In this document: positions 1 through 8,996 of the stretch, one piece after another
Layout: the number at the start of each line of letters is the position of its first letter
Position numbering within the stretch: position 1 is the first letter of the stretch
Assembly (NCBI GenBank): GCA_938074535.1
Contig: CALJER010000029.1
Location: forward strand, 1 to 49,490
Direction of reading: 5' to 3'
Origin: an uncultured archaeon
GTDB taxonomy: Archaea > Hadarchaeota > Hadarchaeia > Hadarchaeales > WYZ-LMO6
DNA: 49,490 nt
Program-made: the position numbers and the translations under genes
The notes under the pieces: generated by a model
Databases searched by the model: none
Seen by the model: only the letters and a program-made list of their open reading frames with translations
What the model was told of the DNA's origin: nothing

Positions 1-2
1 TG

Positions 3-1247
3 GACCGCTCCCTCATGGAGGGCAACCCCCACTCCGTCCTGGAGGGCCTGGTCATAGGGGCCTACGCCATAGGCTCCCACCAGGGCTACATCTACGTGAG
101 GGAGGAGTACCCCCTGGCCGTGGAGAACGTGAGCAGGGCGACAGAGCAGGCCAGGGAGGCGGGCCTGCTGGGGGAGGACATCCTGGGCTCAGGCTTCGAC
201 TTCGACGTGGAGGTCCACAGGGGGGCGGGGGCCTTCGTCTCCGGGGAGTCCAGCGCCCTCATGACGGCCATAGAGGGAAGGGTGGGGGAGCCCAGGCCCA
301 AGTACATCCACACGGCCGTGAGGGGGATCCACGACAGGCCCTCCTGCCTGAACAACGTGGAGACCTGGGCCAACGTTCCCCTCATCGTCCTGAACGGTGC
401 GGACTGGTTCAGGAGGATGGGGACCGAGGGGTCCCCGGGGACCAAGATCTTCAGCCTGGTGGGGAAGGTCAACAACACGGGGCTGGTGGAGGTCCCCATG
501 GGCATGACCCTCAGGCGGATCATCTACGACATAGGGGGAGGGATAAGGGGGGGGAAGAGGTTCAAGGCCGTCCAGACGGGAGGACCCTCCGGAGGGGTGA
601 TCCCCGAGCAGCACCTGGACACCCCCGTGGACTTCGACGCCCTCACCGGGCTGGGCTCCATGATGGGCTCGGGGGGGATGATCGTGATGGACGAGGACAC
701 CTGCATGGTGGACGTGGCCCGCTTCTTCATCCACTTCCTCCTGGAGGAGTCCTGCGGGAAGTGCATCCCCTGCAGGGAGGGGCTGAGGGTGCTGAACCGC
801 CTCCTCACGGACCTGTGCGAGGGGAGGGGGAGGGAGGAAGATTTGAGGATGATGGAGGAGGTCACAGGGGTGATGAGCAGGGCCTCCCTGTGCGCCCTGG
901 GGACCACGGCTGTGAACCCCGTCCTCACCACCATGCGCTACTTCAGGGAGGAGTACGAGGCCCACCTGAGGGGGAGATGTCCGGCGAGGGTGTGCAGAAA
1001 CCTGATCACCTACTACATAGATCCCGAGCTCTGCCAGGCCTGCGGCCTCTGCCTCACCCGATGCCCGGTGGGAGCCATCAGGGGGGGAAAGGAGGAGGTG
1101 CATGTGATAGAGCAGGGGAAGTGCACGAAGTGCGGCACCTGCTTTGAGGTCTGTCCTTTCGAGGCGGTGAAGAAGCTCTCGGGCGAGCCCGTCCCCCCGC
1201 CCCCCGCGCCGGGAACGAAGCCCAGGAAGAAGGAGGTGAGGAAGTGA
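3..1247 (+). CDS. NuoF/HydB-like flavin (NAD(P)H-binding) subunit with C-terminal 2x[4Fe-4S]; 5'-truncated by window edge
   Basis: [53 protein letters not shown], plus CQACGLC/CTKCGTC ferredoxin tail; frame is open to the window start. Confidence 0.9.
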   Translation, partial: DRSLMEGNPHSVLEGLVIGAYAIGSHQGYIYVREEYPLAVENVSRATEQAREAGLLGEDILGSGFDFDVEVHRGAGAFVSGESSALMTAIEGRVGEPRPKYIHTAVRGIHDRPSCLNNVETWANVPLIVLNGADWFRRMGTEGSPGTKIFSLVGKVNNTGLVEVPMGMTLRRIIYDIGGGIRGGKRFKAVQTGGPSGGVIPEQHLDTPVDFDALTGLGSMMGSGGMIVMDEDTCMVDVARFFIHFLLEESCGKCIPCREGLRVLNRLLTDLCEGRGREEDLRMMEEVTGVMSRASLCALGTTAVNPVLTTMRYFREEYEAHLRGRCPARVCRNLITYYIDPELCQACGLCLTRCPVGAIRGGKEEVHVIEQGKCTKCGTCFEVCPFEAVKKLSGEPVPPPPAPGTKPRKKEVRK

Positions 1248-1879
1248 AGGAGGTCGCGCTGGAGATCGACGGGAGGGCCGTGAGGGCCAGGGAGGGGATG
1301 ACCGTGCTCCAGGCGGCCAGGGAGGCGGGGATAGAGATCCCCGCCCTGTGCCAGGGAGAGGGGCTGGAGCCCTACGGGGCCTGCAGGGTGTGCAGCGTGG
1401 AGATCGAGAAAGAGGGGAGGAGGAGAGTCGTGGCCTCCTGTTCCTATCCCGCCGAGGGCGGCCTGAGGGTGACCACCCAGAGTCCCGAGCTGCGTCTCCT
1501 CAGGAAGACCCTGCTCGAGCTGGCCTCCCTCAGGGGGCTGCCTGGGAAGGAGGGGAGCAGGTTCTGGAGGATGGTCCAGGAGCACGGCGCCGACCCCTCC
1601 AGGTTCTCGAAGAGGGTGGGGAAGAGGGAGGACCAGTGCATCCTGTGTGGTCTCTGCGTTCGTACCTGCTCCTCCGTCACCCAGGACGGGGTGCTGGCGT
1701 TCGTGGGCAGGGGGGTGAACCGCTCGGTGGCCGTTTTTCCCGACAGGACGGAGTACTGCAGGGTCTGCGGCTACTGCTCCAGGGCCTGCCCCACCGGGAA
1801 GATCCCACCCGAGGGTCCCGCGGGGGTGTTTCCCTCCGCCTACGAGGTGAAGCCGCACCTCTCAAAATCTTCCATATAG
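1244..1879 (+). CDS. Small NuoG/HydA N-terminal-like Fe-S protein ([2Fe-2S] + 2x[4Fe-4S]), no catalytic domain
   Basis: [38 protein letters not shown]; GTGA overlap with upstream gene, SD GGAGGTGA. Confidence 0.85.
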   Translation: MKEVALEIDGRAVRAREGMTVLQAAREAGIEIPALCQGEGLEPYGACRVCSVEIEKEGRRRVVASCSYPAEGGLRVTTQSPELRLLRKTLLELASLRGLPGKEGSRFWRMVQEHGADPSRFSKRVGKREDQCILCGLCVRTCSSVTQDGVLAFVGRGVNRSVAVFPDRTEYCRVCGYCSRACPTGKIPPEGPAGVFPSAYEVKPHLSKSSI

Positions 1880-1930
1880 TCTCCCCGGAGATATCTTGAG
1901 GGCTGGAATATCACATTTTAGGTGAACAAG

Positions 1931-1940
1931 TCTTAAAAGA
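1931..1940 (+). promoter_or_regulatory. Putative TATA box (TTAAAA) for the downstream structured element
   Basis: TTAAAA at 1933-1938 in a GC-rich genome, ~25 nt before the 5' end of the closing helix at 1961. Confidence 0.55.
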
Positions 1941-1960
1941 GATGCGGTCAGATAGATGAT

Positions 1961-2193
1961 TGGCGGGGATGGAAGCCCGCGAGAGGGGCAGAACCGGAGC
2001 CTAAGGGCAACGGGGAGCCGCCGAAAAACCGGGGTAAAAACCCGGGAAGGCGGCGGATAGGCACCGGGGAGGTCGGTGCGATGCACCTATCGCGGGAAAA
2101 AGACCCGGGACGTGAAAAAAGGGCGGTGCCCTGGAAGTGGTCGAGGTTCAGGGTTCCGTCCAAAGAGTAGCGGACGGGTCGAAATCCCCGCCA
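1961..2193 (+). ncRNA. Putative large structured ncRNA or polB leader, family unassigned
   Basis: 10-bp terminal inverted repeat TGGCGGGGAT/ATCCCCGCCA, several nested helices with A-rich loops, upstream TATA, downstream T8 tract. Confidence 0.7.
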
Positions 2194-2194
2194 C

Positions 2195-2202
2195 TTTTTT
2201 TT
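2195..2202 (+). terminator. Oligo-T archaeal terminator
   Basis: T8 immediately after the closing helix. Confidence 0.55.
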
Positions 2203-2225
2203 GGTCCCAGGGAGACTCAGGAGTG

Positions 2226-4649
2226 ATGATCCTCGAAGGCCTTCTTCTGGACGTGGATCAGGCCGAGGAGGGATTCTCCTCTCTGGTCCTCTACCTCAAG
2301 CGCGGGGGGAGGGCGGAGGCGGTCCTGGATTCAAGTTTTGAGCCCTCCTTCTACTTCACCGCCGACGATCCCCGCAGGGCGGCGAGGCTGGTTTCCAAGG
2401 TGGAGGTGGAGGAGAGGGGGGAGACCGTCAGGCCGAAGAGGGTGGAAGTGGTGGGGAGGAAGCTGCTGGGGAGGGAGATGGAGGCGGTGAGGGTCTTCCT
2501 GGAGAGCCCCAGACATCTCACCCCCCTCAGGCACGCCATCCGCGAGCTCCCTGGGGTGAGGGAGTTTTACGGCTTCGATCTTCCCCTCGTCAGGCAGTAC
2601 CTGATCGAAAGGGGGCTGGTCCCTCTCGAAGGCGTGAGGGTGGAAGGGGAGAGGGAGGAGGGCGTGGTGAGGGCCTTCCATCCCCCTCAGCCTGGACCGG
2701 AGCATCCTCAGGAGCTGGAGGTGATGAGCTTCGACATCGAAGTCTACAACCCCGCGGGGGTCCCCAGATCGGACCGCGATCCCGTGATCATGATAAGCCT
2801 GGCGGCGCCCGGCGGCTTCAGAAAGGTCCTGACCTGGAAGGGGGTGGAGGGGGCACCCGAGTTCGTGGAGGTGGTGGGAAGCGAGAAGGAGATGCTGGAG
2901 AGGTTCGTGGAGCTCGTGAGGGAGAGGGAAGTGGACCTGCTCCTGGGGTACAACACCGACTTCTTCGACTTCCCCTACCTGAGGGAGAGGGCACGGAAGC
3001 TGGGAGTGGAGCTGGGGCTGGGGAGGGAGGGAGGGGGCGCCAGGACCCGCAGGAGGAAGTTCGCCACCGCCACCAAGGTCCCGGGGAGGGTGCACGTGGA
3101 CGTGTACGCCATGGTCAGCTTTCTGGCCGCCATAGGGGCCATCAGGCTCATCCACTACACCCTGGAGGATGTGTACAGGCACGTGCTCGGGAAGGAAAAG
3201 CCCGACTTCGAGATGGGGGGAATAGCCAGGGCTTGGGAGGAGGGAGGGGAGGAACTGAAGCACCTGCTGGAGTACTCCCTCTCCGACGCCCAGGCCACCC
3301 TGGAGCTGGGCCTGGCCTTCCTCCCCCTCTTTCGGGAGCTCACCAGGCTGGTGGGGCAGACCCTCTTCGACGTGACCAGGATGACCCCCGGACAGCTGGT
3401 GGAGTGGCTGCTCATAAGGGAGGCCTTCGGGCGCGGGGAGCTGGTCCCGCCCAGGCCCAAGGGGGAGGAGTACGGGGAGAGGATGGAGGAGACCTACGCG
3501 GGGGCCTACGTGATGGAGCCCAAGCGCGGACTGCACGAGAACCTGGTGGCCTTCGACTTCAGGTCCCTTTATCCAAGCATCATCGTCTCCCACAACATAG
3601 ACCCCTCCACCCTGAACTGCGACTGCTGCCGTCCCGAGGAGACCACGGTGGTCCCGGAGCTGGGTTACAGGTTCTGCGGGAAGAGGAAGGGGTTCGTCCC
3701 CTCCATCCTGGAGCGCCTGATAGAGAGGAGGGCGGAGCTGAAGAGGGAACTGAAAAGGCTGAAGCCGGGGACCCCCGAGTACCTGGAGCTGGACAGCCGC
3801 CAGATGGCGCTGAAGATCGTCTCCAATTCCTTCTACGGCATGTTCGGGTACGCCAGGGCCCGCTGGTACTCCAAAGAATGTGCGGAGAGCATCACCAGCC
3901 TGGGCAGGTACTACATCCACCAGACCATAGCGAGGGCGGAGAGGGAGGGAATGGAGGTGGTCTACGCCGACACCGACGGCCTGTACTGCAAGACGGGGGG
4001 GAAGAGCAGGGAGGAGATCCTCAGGTTCCTGGAGGAGGTGAACAGGGGGCTGCCGGGGGTGATGGAGCTGGAGCTGGAGGGCTTCTACCCGCGGGGGGTC
4101 TTCATCACCAAAAAGAGGTACGCCCTGAGGGACGAGGAGGGGAGGCTCATCGTGAAGGGGCTGGAGTTCGTGCGGAGGGACTGGGCGGCCGTGGCCAAGC
4201 GCACCCAGCAGGAGGTGCTGGACGCCGTTCTGGGTGAGGGCTCACCCAAGAAGGCCGCGGAGATCATAAGGAGGGTGGTGAGGGAGCTGCAGGAGGGAAA
4301 GGTGAGGGTGGAGGACCTGGTGATCTACACCCAGCTCAAGATGCCCATAGAGAGCTACAGGGCGATAGGGCCCCACGTGGTGGCGGCGAAGAAGCTCAGG
4401 AAGAAGGGCTACCCGGTGGAGCCGGGAACCATGATAGCCTACGTGGAGGTGAAGGGGCCTGGGAGCATAAGCGACAGGGCCACCCCCGTGGAGGACTTCG
4501 ACCCGGAGAGGATGGAGTACGATGCCGGCTACTACGTGGAACACCAGGTTCTCCCCGCCGTGATGAGGATCATGGAGGTGCTGGGGTACAGGGAGGAGGA
4601 CCTGCGCTCGCCGGGTGGGGAGCAGACCAGGTTGGGGAAGTTCTTCTAG
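2226..4649 (+). CDS. polB: Family B DNA polymerase (euryarchaeal PolB type), no intein
   Basis: ExoI FDIEVY, ExoII YNTDFFDFPYL, DFRSLYPSII, KIVSNSFYG, YADTDG, KKRYA, C-terminal PIP box QTRLGKFF; start moved to ATG 2226 (SD AGGAG). Confidence 0.95.
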   Translation: MILEGLLLDVDQAEEGFSSLVLYLKRGGRAEAVLDSSFEPSFYFTADDPRRAARLVSKVEVEERGETVRPKRVEVVGRKLLGREMEAVRVFLESPRHLTPLRHAIRELPGVREFYGFDLPLVRQYLIERGLVPLEGVRVEGEREEGVVRAFHPPQPGPEHPQELEVMSFDIEVYNPAGVPRSDRDPVIMISLAAPGGFRKVLTWKGVEGAPEFVEVVGSEKEMLERFVELVREREVDLLLGYNTDFFDFPYLRERARKLGVELGLGREGGGARTRRRKFATATKVPGRVHVDVYAMVSFLAAIGAIRLIHYTLEDVYRHVLGKEKPDFEMGGIARAWEEGGEELKHLLEYSLSDAQATLELGLAFLPLFRELTRLVGQTLFDVTRMTPGQLVEWLLIREAFGRGELVPPRPKGEEYGERMEETYAGAYVMEPKRGLHENLVAFDFRSLYPSIIVSHNIDPSTLNCDCCRPEETTVVPELGYRFCGKRKGFVPSILERLIERRAELKRELKRLKPGTPEYLELDSRQMALKIVSNSFYGMFGYARARWYSKECAESITSLGRYYIHQTIARAEREGMEVVYADTDGLYCKTGGKSREEILRFLEEVNRGLPGVMELELEGFYPRGVFITKKRYALRDEEGRLIVKGLEFVRRDWAAVAKRTQQEVLDAVLGEGSPKKAAEIIRRVVRELQEGKVRVEDLVIYTQLKMPIESYRAIGPHVVAAKKLRKKGYPVEPGTMIAYVEVKGPGSISDRATPVEDFDPERMEYDAGYYVEHQVLPAVMRIMEVLGYREEDLRSPGGEQTRLGKFF

Positions 4650-5446
4650 GGTTTCTTCAGCCCCAGCTCCTGCTCCAGCCTGCCGGCGAGTTCCAGGAAG
4701 GCCCTTGCCGCCGGGGCCCCCGGCCTCTTCAGGACGAAGGGCTCGCCCCGGTCGGAGTCCTCCGAGAGATGGGGGTCGAGCGGGACCTCTCCCAGGAAGG
4801 GCACCCCGAACTCCCCCGCCATTTTCCTCCCCCCACCCTCCCCGAAAATCCTCACGGTTTCCCCGCACCTGGGGCAGGTGAAGCTGCTCAGGTTCTCCGC
4901 TATCCCCAGGATCCTCACGCCCATCTTCTTGGCGAAGCCCACCGCCCTCCCCACCACCAGGGCAGAGAGCTCGGAGGGTGAGGTCAGGATGAGGACTCCG
5001 TCCATCTCGGGGAGCTCCTGCATCACGCTCAGGGGCTCGTCCCCGGTTCCGGGAGGCAGGTCGATGAGGAGGAGGTCGAGCTCACCCCATTCGATTTTCT
5101 CCAGCAGCTGCCTGATGGCCACAGCCTTGATGGGTCCCCTCCAGATCAGGGGGGTGCTGTCGTCGGGGAGGAGAAAGTCCAGGGAGACCACCCTCACTCC
5201 CGCGGGGCCCTCCACGGGGGCTTCTCCCTCCATCCTCTTCCCCCTCATACCCAGGAGCTTGGGGATGCTGGGCCCGTGCAGGTCCGCGTCCAGGATTCCC
5301 ACGCGGTGCCCCCTCACCGAGAGGACGAGGGCCAGGTTGGCGGTGAAGGTGCTTTTTCCCACCCCGCCCTTCCCGCTGAGCACCGCCACCTTGTGCTTGA
5401 TCTTGGACATCCTCTCCTTCAGGAGGTCTTCGGTCCTGCTCTCCAT
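4646..5446 (-). CDS. mrp: Mrp/NBP35 Fe-S cluster carrier ATPase
   Basis: SGKGGVGKST, DADLHGPSIP, WRGP, DLPPGTGD, CPRC; ATG 5446 follows SD GAGGTGA. Confidence 0.92.
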   Translation of the reverse strand: MESRTEDLLKERMSKIKHKVAVLSGKGGVGKSTFTANLALVLSVRGHRVGILDADLHGPSIPKLLGMRGKRMEGEAPVEGPAGVRVVSLDFLLPDDSTPLIWRGPIKAVAIRQLLEKIEWGELDLLLIDLPPGTGDEPLSVMQELPEMDGVLILTSPSELSALVVGRAVGFAKKMGVRILGIAENLSSFTCPRCGETVRIFGEGGGRKMAGEFGVPFLGEVPLDPHLSEDSDRGEPFVLKRPGAPAARAFLELAGRLEQELGLKKP

Positions 5447-5454
5447 CTCTTCCC

Positions 5455-5622
5455 TCACCTCAGGGGAAACTCGTGGTCGCACCTGGGGCACTTGATGCTG
5501 GAGCAGGAGGAGACCGAGAGGGTGCAGCCGCGGCAGGCCGTTATCCTGGCGTAGGACTTGCTGAACCTAAACCCGCACTTAGGGCAGACCAGCACCTCCC
5601 AGGACGGATCCCTCCCCCTCAA
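5455..5622 (-). CDS. 55-aa Cys-rich small protein (CPKC..CRGC..C..CPRCDH), absent from ORF track
   Basis: Manual translation MRGRDPSWEVLVCPKCGFRFSKSYARITACRGCTLSVSSCSSIKCPRCDHEFPLR*; TTG start overlaps nifU stop (TTGA) and the ORF fills the gap to mrp. Confidence 0.8.
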   Translation of the reverse strand: MRGRDPSWEVLVCPKCGFRFSKSYARITACRGCTLSVSSCSSIKCPRCDHEFPLR

Positions 5623-5843
5623 GGAACGGCTACCACTCCCTTTATCTCCGGGATCTCCCTCCTCAGGGCCCTCTCCACTCCCATGGCAAGCGTGAGGGTG
5701 GACATGGGGCAGCCGGCGCAGGCCCCCGTGAGCCTCACCTTCACCAGGTTGTCCTTCGTGACCTCCACCAGCTCCACATCCCCCCCGTGCGCCTGCAGCT
5801 CGGGGCGGAGCTGGTTCAGGACCTCCTCGACCCTCCTCTTCAC
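5619..5843 (-). CDS. NifU C-terminal/NfuA-like Fe-S carrier
   Basis: LRPELQAHGGDVELV, GACAGCPMS; TTTAAA at 5868-5873. Confidence 0.9.
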   Translation of the reverse strand: MKRRVEEVLNQLRPELQAHGGDVELVEVTKDNLVKVRLTGACAGCPMSTLTLAMGVERALRREIPEIKGVVAVP

Positions 5844-5995
5844 GTGAATCCCTTCTCCCCTTCCCTATTTAAACCATCGCAGGAGCTGCCGAAAATTCGG
5901 GGAGGTGGTGCGGGAGAGTTGGGGTTCGGAGCCCCTCGGTACTGTGCGGTGAAGTTCTATAGAAAATTTTTTAAAGAGCAGGGAGGATAGAAAAC

Positions 5996-7195
5996 GTGCC
6001 TTTGGACTTCGAACTCACGGAGGAGCAGAAGCTCATCCAGCAGACGGCCAGGGAGTTCGCCCTGAAGGAGATCCAGCCCAGGGCGAAGGAGTTCGAGCAA
6101 AAGCACGAGTTTCCCTGGGAGATTTACAGGAAGTGCGGCCAGCAGGGCTTTCTGGGGATGACCTGGCCCCAGGAGTACGGAGGTCAGGGTGTTTCCTTCC
6201 TGGACGCCATGCTGGTGACCTACGAGCTCGTGAAGGCGGATCCGCCCGTGAGTACTGCCGTGCTGGCAGGGATCTTCGGGGCGGACATGATTGCCGAGTC
6301 GGGGACCCACGAGCAGAAGGCCAAGTGGCTCCCCAGGCTGGCAAAGGGTGAGATCACCTCCGCCGGATGCTTTACGGAGCCGGGGGGAGGGAGCGACATC
6401 GCCCGCGTGCTGGACACCAGGGCGGAGAGGAAGGGCAACGAGTGGGTGATCAACGGCACCAAGCAGTTCATCACCAACGGGACCACCGCCTCGGTGTTCG
6501 TGACCCTCGTTCAGACGGACACCAAGGTGGACCGGCCCTACAGGGGGCAGACCGAGTTCGTGATAGAGAGGTCCGATGCCATCGAGGCCAGGAAGTATGA
6601 GGACAAGATGGGCTGGCTGGCCTCCCCCACCTGCGAGGTCAGGTTCAACGACGTGAGGGTCACGGACAACGACATCCTGGGAGGACCGTCCAACCTGAAC
6701 AGGGGCTTCTACCTGGGCCTCATGTTCCTGGATGTGACCAGGGCGGCCGTGGGCTGGCAGGCCCTGGCCACGGCGGAGGCGGCCCTGGAGAGGGCTCTCT
6801 CCTACGCCGGGGAGAGGGAGGCCTTCGGGCGGAAGATAGGGGGCTTCCAGGCCCTGGCCTTCAGGCTGGTGGAGATGGCCACGCAGGTGGAGATGCTGAA
6901 GGCCCACTGCTTCCGCACCGCCTGGCTGGTGGAGAAGGCCAGGGAGAACCCGGCGGTTTACGGGGAGGAATCGGTGAAGATGGCCTCCATGGCGAAGTGG
7001 TTCGGGGCCAGGACGGCGGTCCAGGCCTGCGATCTGGCCATGGACGTGATGGCGGGATACGGGTACGTGGAGAGCGACATCGACAGGTGGTACAGGTTCG
7101 CGAAGTGCCTGGAGCTCATCGAGGGGACGAAGGAGGTCCAGAAGAACGCCATCGCCAGGCTGATGCTGGGAAGGGACATCACAAAAACCTTCTGA
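5996..7195 (+). CDS. Acyl-CoA dehydrogenase
   Basis: FTEPGGGSD, INGTKQFITNG, REAFGRKI, IEGTKEVQK; TTTAAA ~5970 and SD GGAGG. Confidence 0.93.
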   Translation: MPLDFELTEEQKLIQQTAREFALKEIQPRAKEFEQKHEFPWEIYRKCGQQGFLGMTWPQEYGGQGVSFLDAMLVTYELVKADPPVSTAVLAGIFGADMIAESGTHEQKAKWLPRLAKGEITSAGCFTEPGGGSDIARVLDTRAERKGNEWVINGTKQFITNGTTASVFVTLVQTDTKVDRPYRGQTEFVIERSDAIEARKYEDKMGWLASPTCEVRFNDVRVTDNDILGGPSNLNRGFYLGLMFLDVTRAAVGWQALATAEAALERALSYAGEREAFGRKIGGFQALAFRLVEMATQVEMLKAHCFRTAWLVEKARENPAVYGEESVKMASMAKWFGARTAVQACDLAMDVMAGYGYVESDIDRWYRFAKCLELIEGTKEVQKNAIARLMLGRDITKTF

Positions 7196-7238
7196 TTCCC
7201 CCGCAACCTTTTTCCTTTCCCCCCGCGCTCTTTTCCTG

Positions 7239-7976
7239 TTGAGGCTGGTGGACACCCACTCCCACCTGAACGAGATCCCCGACCTGGCGCGGGAGCTGGA
7301 GGAGGCAAGGGAGGCGGGAGTGGTCGCCGTGGTCGCCGTGGGCATGGACAGGGAGTCCAGCCTGGAGACCTTGAGGCTGGGAAGAGAGCACCCCGGGTTC
7401 GTCCTCCCGGCCGTGGGCCTGCACCCCTGGTCCCTTTCCCCTGAGCCCGAGGCCGACCTGGAGTTCCTGAGGGAGCACGCTGAGGTGGCCGTGGCACTGG
7501 GGGAGGTGGGGATGGATTTGAAGATCCCCAAACCCCTCGAGCTGCAGCGCGAGGTGCTGGGGGAGGTGGTGAGGGTGGCCGAGGAGCACGGGAAGCCCCT
7601 CCTCCTTCACACCAGGTGGGCCTGGAGGGAGGTCCTGGAGGAGGTGAGGGGGAGGGATCTCCCCCCCTCCGTCTTCCACTGGTACTCAGGACCGGAGGGG
7701 CTGGTGGGGGAAATCCTGGACCTGGGGCACTACCTCTCCGCCACCCCGGCCCTGGAGTACAGTCCCCCCCACCGCTCGGCCCTGAGGGTGTGCCCCGTGG
7801 AGCGGATCCTCCTGGAAACGGATGCTCCCGTGAGGTACAGGGGGAGGGAGGCCAGGCCGAGGGACGTGGTGGGGAGCCTGAGGGCCCTCTCGGAGCTCAA
7901 GGGGATGGAGCCGGAGGAGGTGGCCGTCCTCACCACCGGGAACGCCGAGAGGGTTTTCGGGACCAGGTTCCTCTGA
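7239..7976 (+). CDS. tatD: TatD-family metal-dependent nuclease
   Basis: DTHSH, GLHP, GEVGMD, FHWYSG, LLETDAP. Confidence 0.9.
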   Translation: MRLVDTHSHLNEIPDLARELEEAREAGVVAVVAVGMDRESSLETLRLGREHPGFVLPAVGLHPWSLSPEPEADLEFLREHAEVAVALGEVGMDLKIPKPLELQREVLGEVVRVAEEHGKPLLLHTRWAWREVLEEVRGRDLPPSVFHWYSGPEGLVGEILDLGHYLSATPALEYSPPHRSALRVCPVERILLETDAPVRYRGREARPRDVVGSLRALSELKGMEPEEVAVLTTGNAERVFGTRFL

Positions 7977-8904
7977 AGCCGAAGACGGACTCCCTGCCGA
8001 GGTCCAGGAAGGTCTCCTCCTCCCCCCCCAGCCTGAGGACCACCTTCCCCCCTTTCACGATTCTTCCCACCCTCTCGGCCTCCAGCCCGTGCTCCCTCAG
8101 GGTCCTCAGGCACCGCTCCGTGCGGGAGGAGGTGAGGAGGTAGCAGGTGCTGGGGTAGGTGAAGAGCCATTCCTCCACCCCCACCCCCCCGGGCAGGGGA
8201 AGGCGGTCCAGCTCCAGCACGGCCCCCACCCCGCTGTACTCGCACAGCATGGCTGCGGTCCCCACGATGCCGGGGGCGCTCACGTCCTTCGAGGCGGAGG
8301 CCAGGCCTCCCTCCGCCACCCCCACCATTCCCTCCACCTGCTCGAGGATCTCCCCCCTGCTCCTCTCCCTCACGGAGTCCAGCGCGTTGAAGAGCTTTCC
8401 CCTCCTGAAGGTTCCCTTCAGGTCGGCCGCGAGCAGGAGGTCCTCTCCCACCCTCGCCGTGTCGCTCCTCAGGACCCTCCTGGCCAGGCCCACGCACATC
8501 CCGTCCACGGCGTCGTAGGAGGTGTCGGGGTGGGTATGGGCCTTCAGGAACTCCAGGCCGAACTTCTCCAGACCCTCCCTTATCCCCTCCGTCATCTCCT
8601 TCCTAGCCCTGGAGGAGGAAGAGGAGAGCACGTACAGGAAGCCAAAGGGTCTGGCTCCCTTGCACACCACGTCCTGGACGTTGACCAGCACGGAGTAGTA
8701 GCCCGCCAGCCTGGGGGAGGTCCTCACCACCTCTTCCAGGATTCCATCGCAGGAGACCACCACCGTCGTCCTCCCCACCCTCATAAAGCCCGCGTCCTCC
8801 AGCGACCGGCTTCCCAGGATCCCCATCAGCTCAGAGATGTACGACTTCCTGAGGAGGGGTTTGAACGTCTTCAGCCTCCGGATGAGGGGACGGAGGGCGG
8901 GCAT
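7930..8904 (-). CDS. AIR synthase/PurM-like protein resembling methanogenesis marker 2 / sll0787 family
   Basis: EDAG, SCDGI, AGYYSVLVNVQD, HTHPD, KDVSAPGIVGT. Confidence 0.65.
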   Translation of the reverse strand: MPALRPLIRRLKTFKPLLRKSYISELMGILGSRSLEDAGFMRVGRTTVVVSCDGILEEVVRTSPRLAGYYSVLVNVQDVVCKGARPFGFLYVLSSSSSRARKEMTEGIREGLEKFGLEFLKAHTHPDTSYDAVDGMCVGLARRVLRSDTARVGEDLLLAADLKGTFRRGKLFNALDSVRERSRGEILEQVEGMVGVAEGGLASASKDVSAPGIVGTAAMLCEYSGVGAVLELDRLPLPGGVGVEEWLFTYPSTCYLLTSSRTERCLRTLREHGLEAERVGRIVKGGKVVLRLGGEEETFLDLGRESVFGFRGTWSRKPSRRSRW

Positions 8905-8996
8905 CCGAAACAACCCGTTTTTCTTCCCGCGGATTTAATCCTATCGCGCCCCTCCGGAGCCCCAACGGTTAATATTGAAGTCTGCCATGTTTCTAT

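Noticed and set aside
1949-2003. RNase P-like words (CAGATAGATGATTG, CAGAACC..GCCTA) suggesting a permuted RNase P RNA
   Set aside because: No GAGGAA.NUCC segment able to form a canonical P4 with the bulged U; resemblance too weak
1961-2193. tRNA/tmRNA or group I intron identity (CCA-like end, GGTCGAAATCC, CCTAAG..GGCAA)
   Set aside because: No proper T-arm plus acceptor geometry or anticodon arm; no P3 pseudoknot, and no host gene is interrupted
2076-2225. 50-codon N-terminal extension of polB in the ORF track
   Set aside because: Overlaps the structured element and T8 tract; polymerase-like sequence and SD begin at 2226
5906-5938. Minus-strand GGGG-loop-CCCC..CCCGCACCA resembling a tRNA 3' end / att site
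   Set aside because: T-loop not canonical, no 5' half, no integrase or second copy in the window
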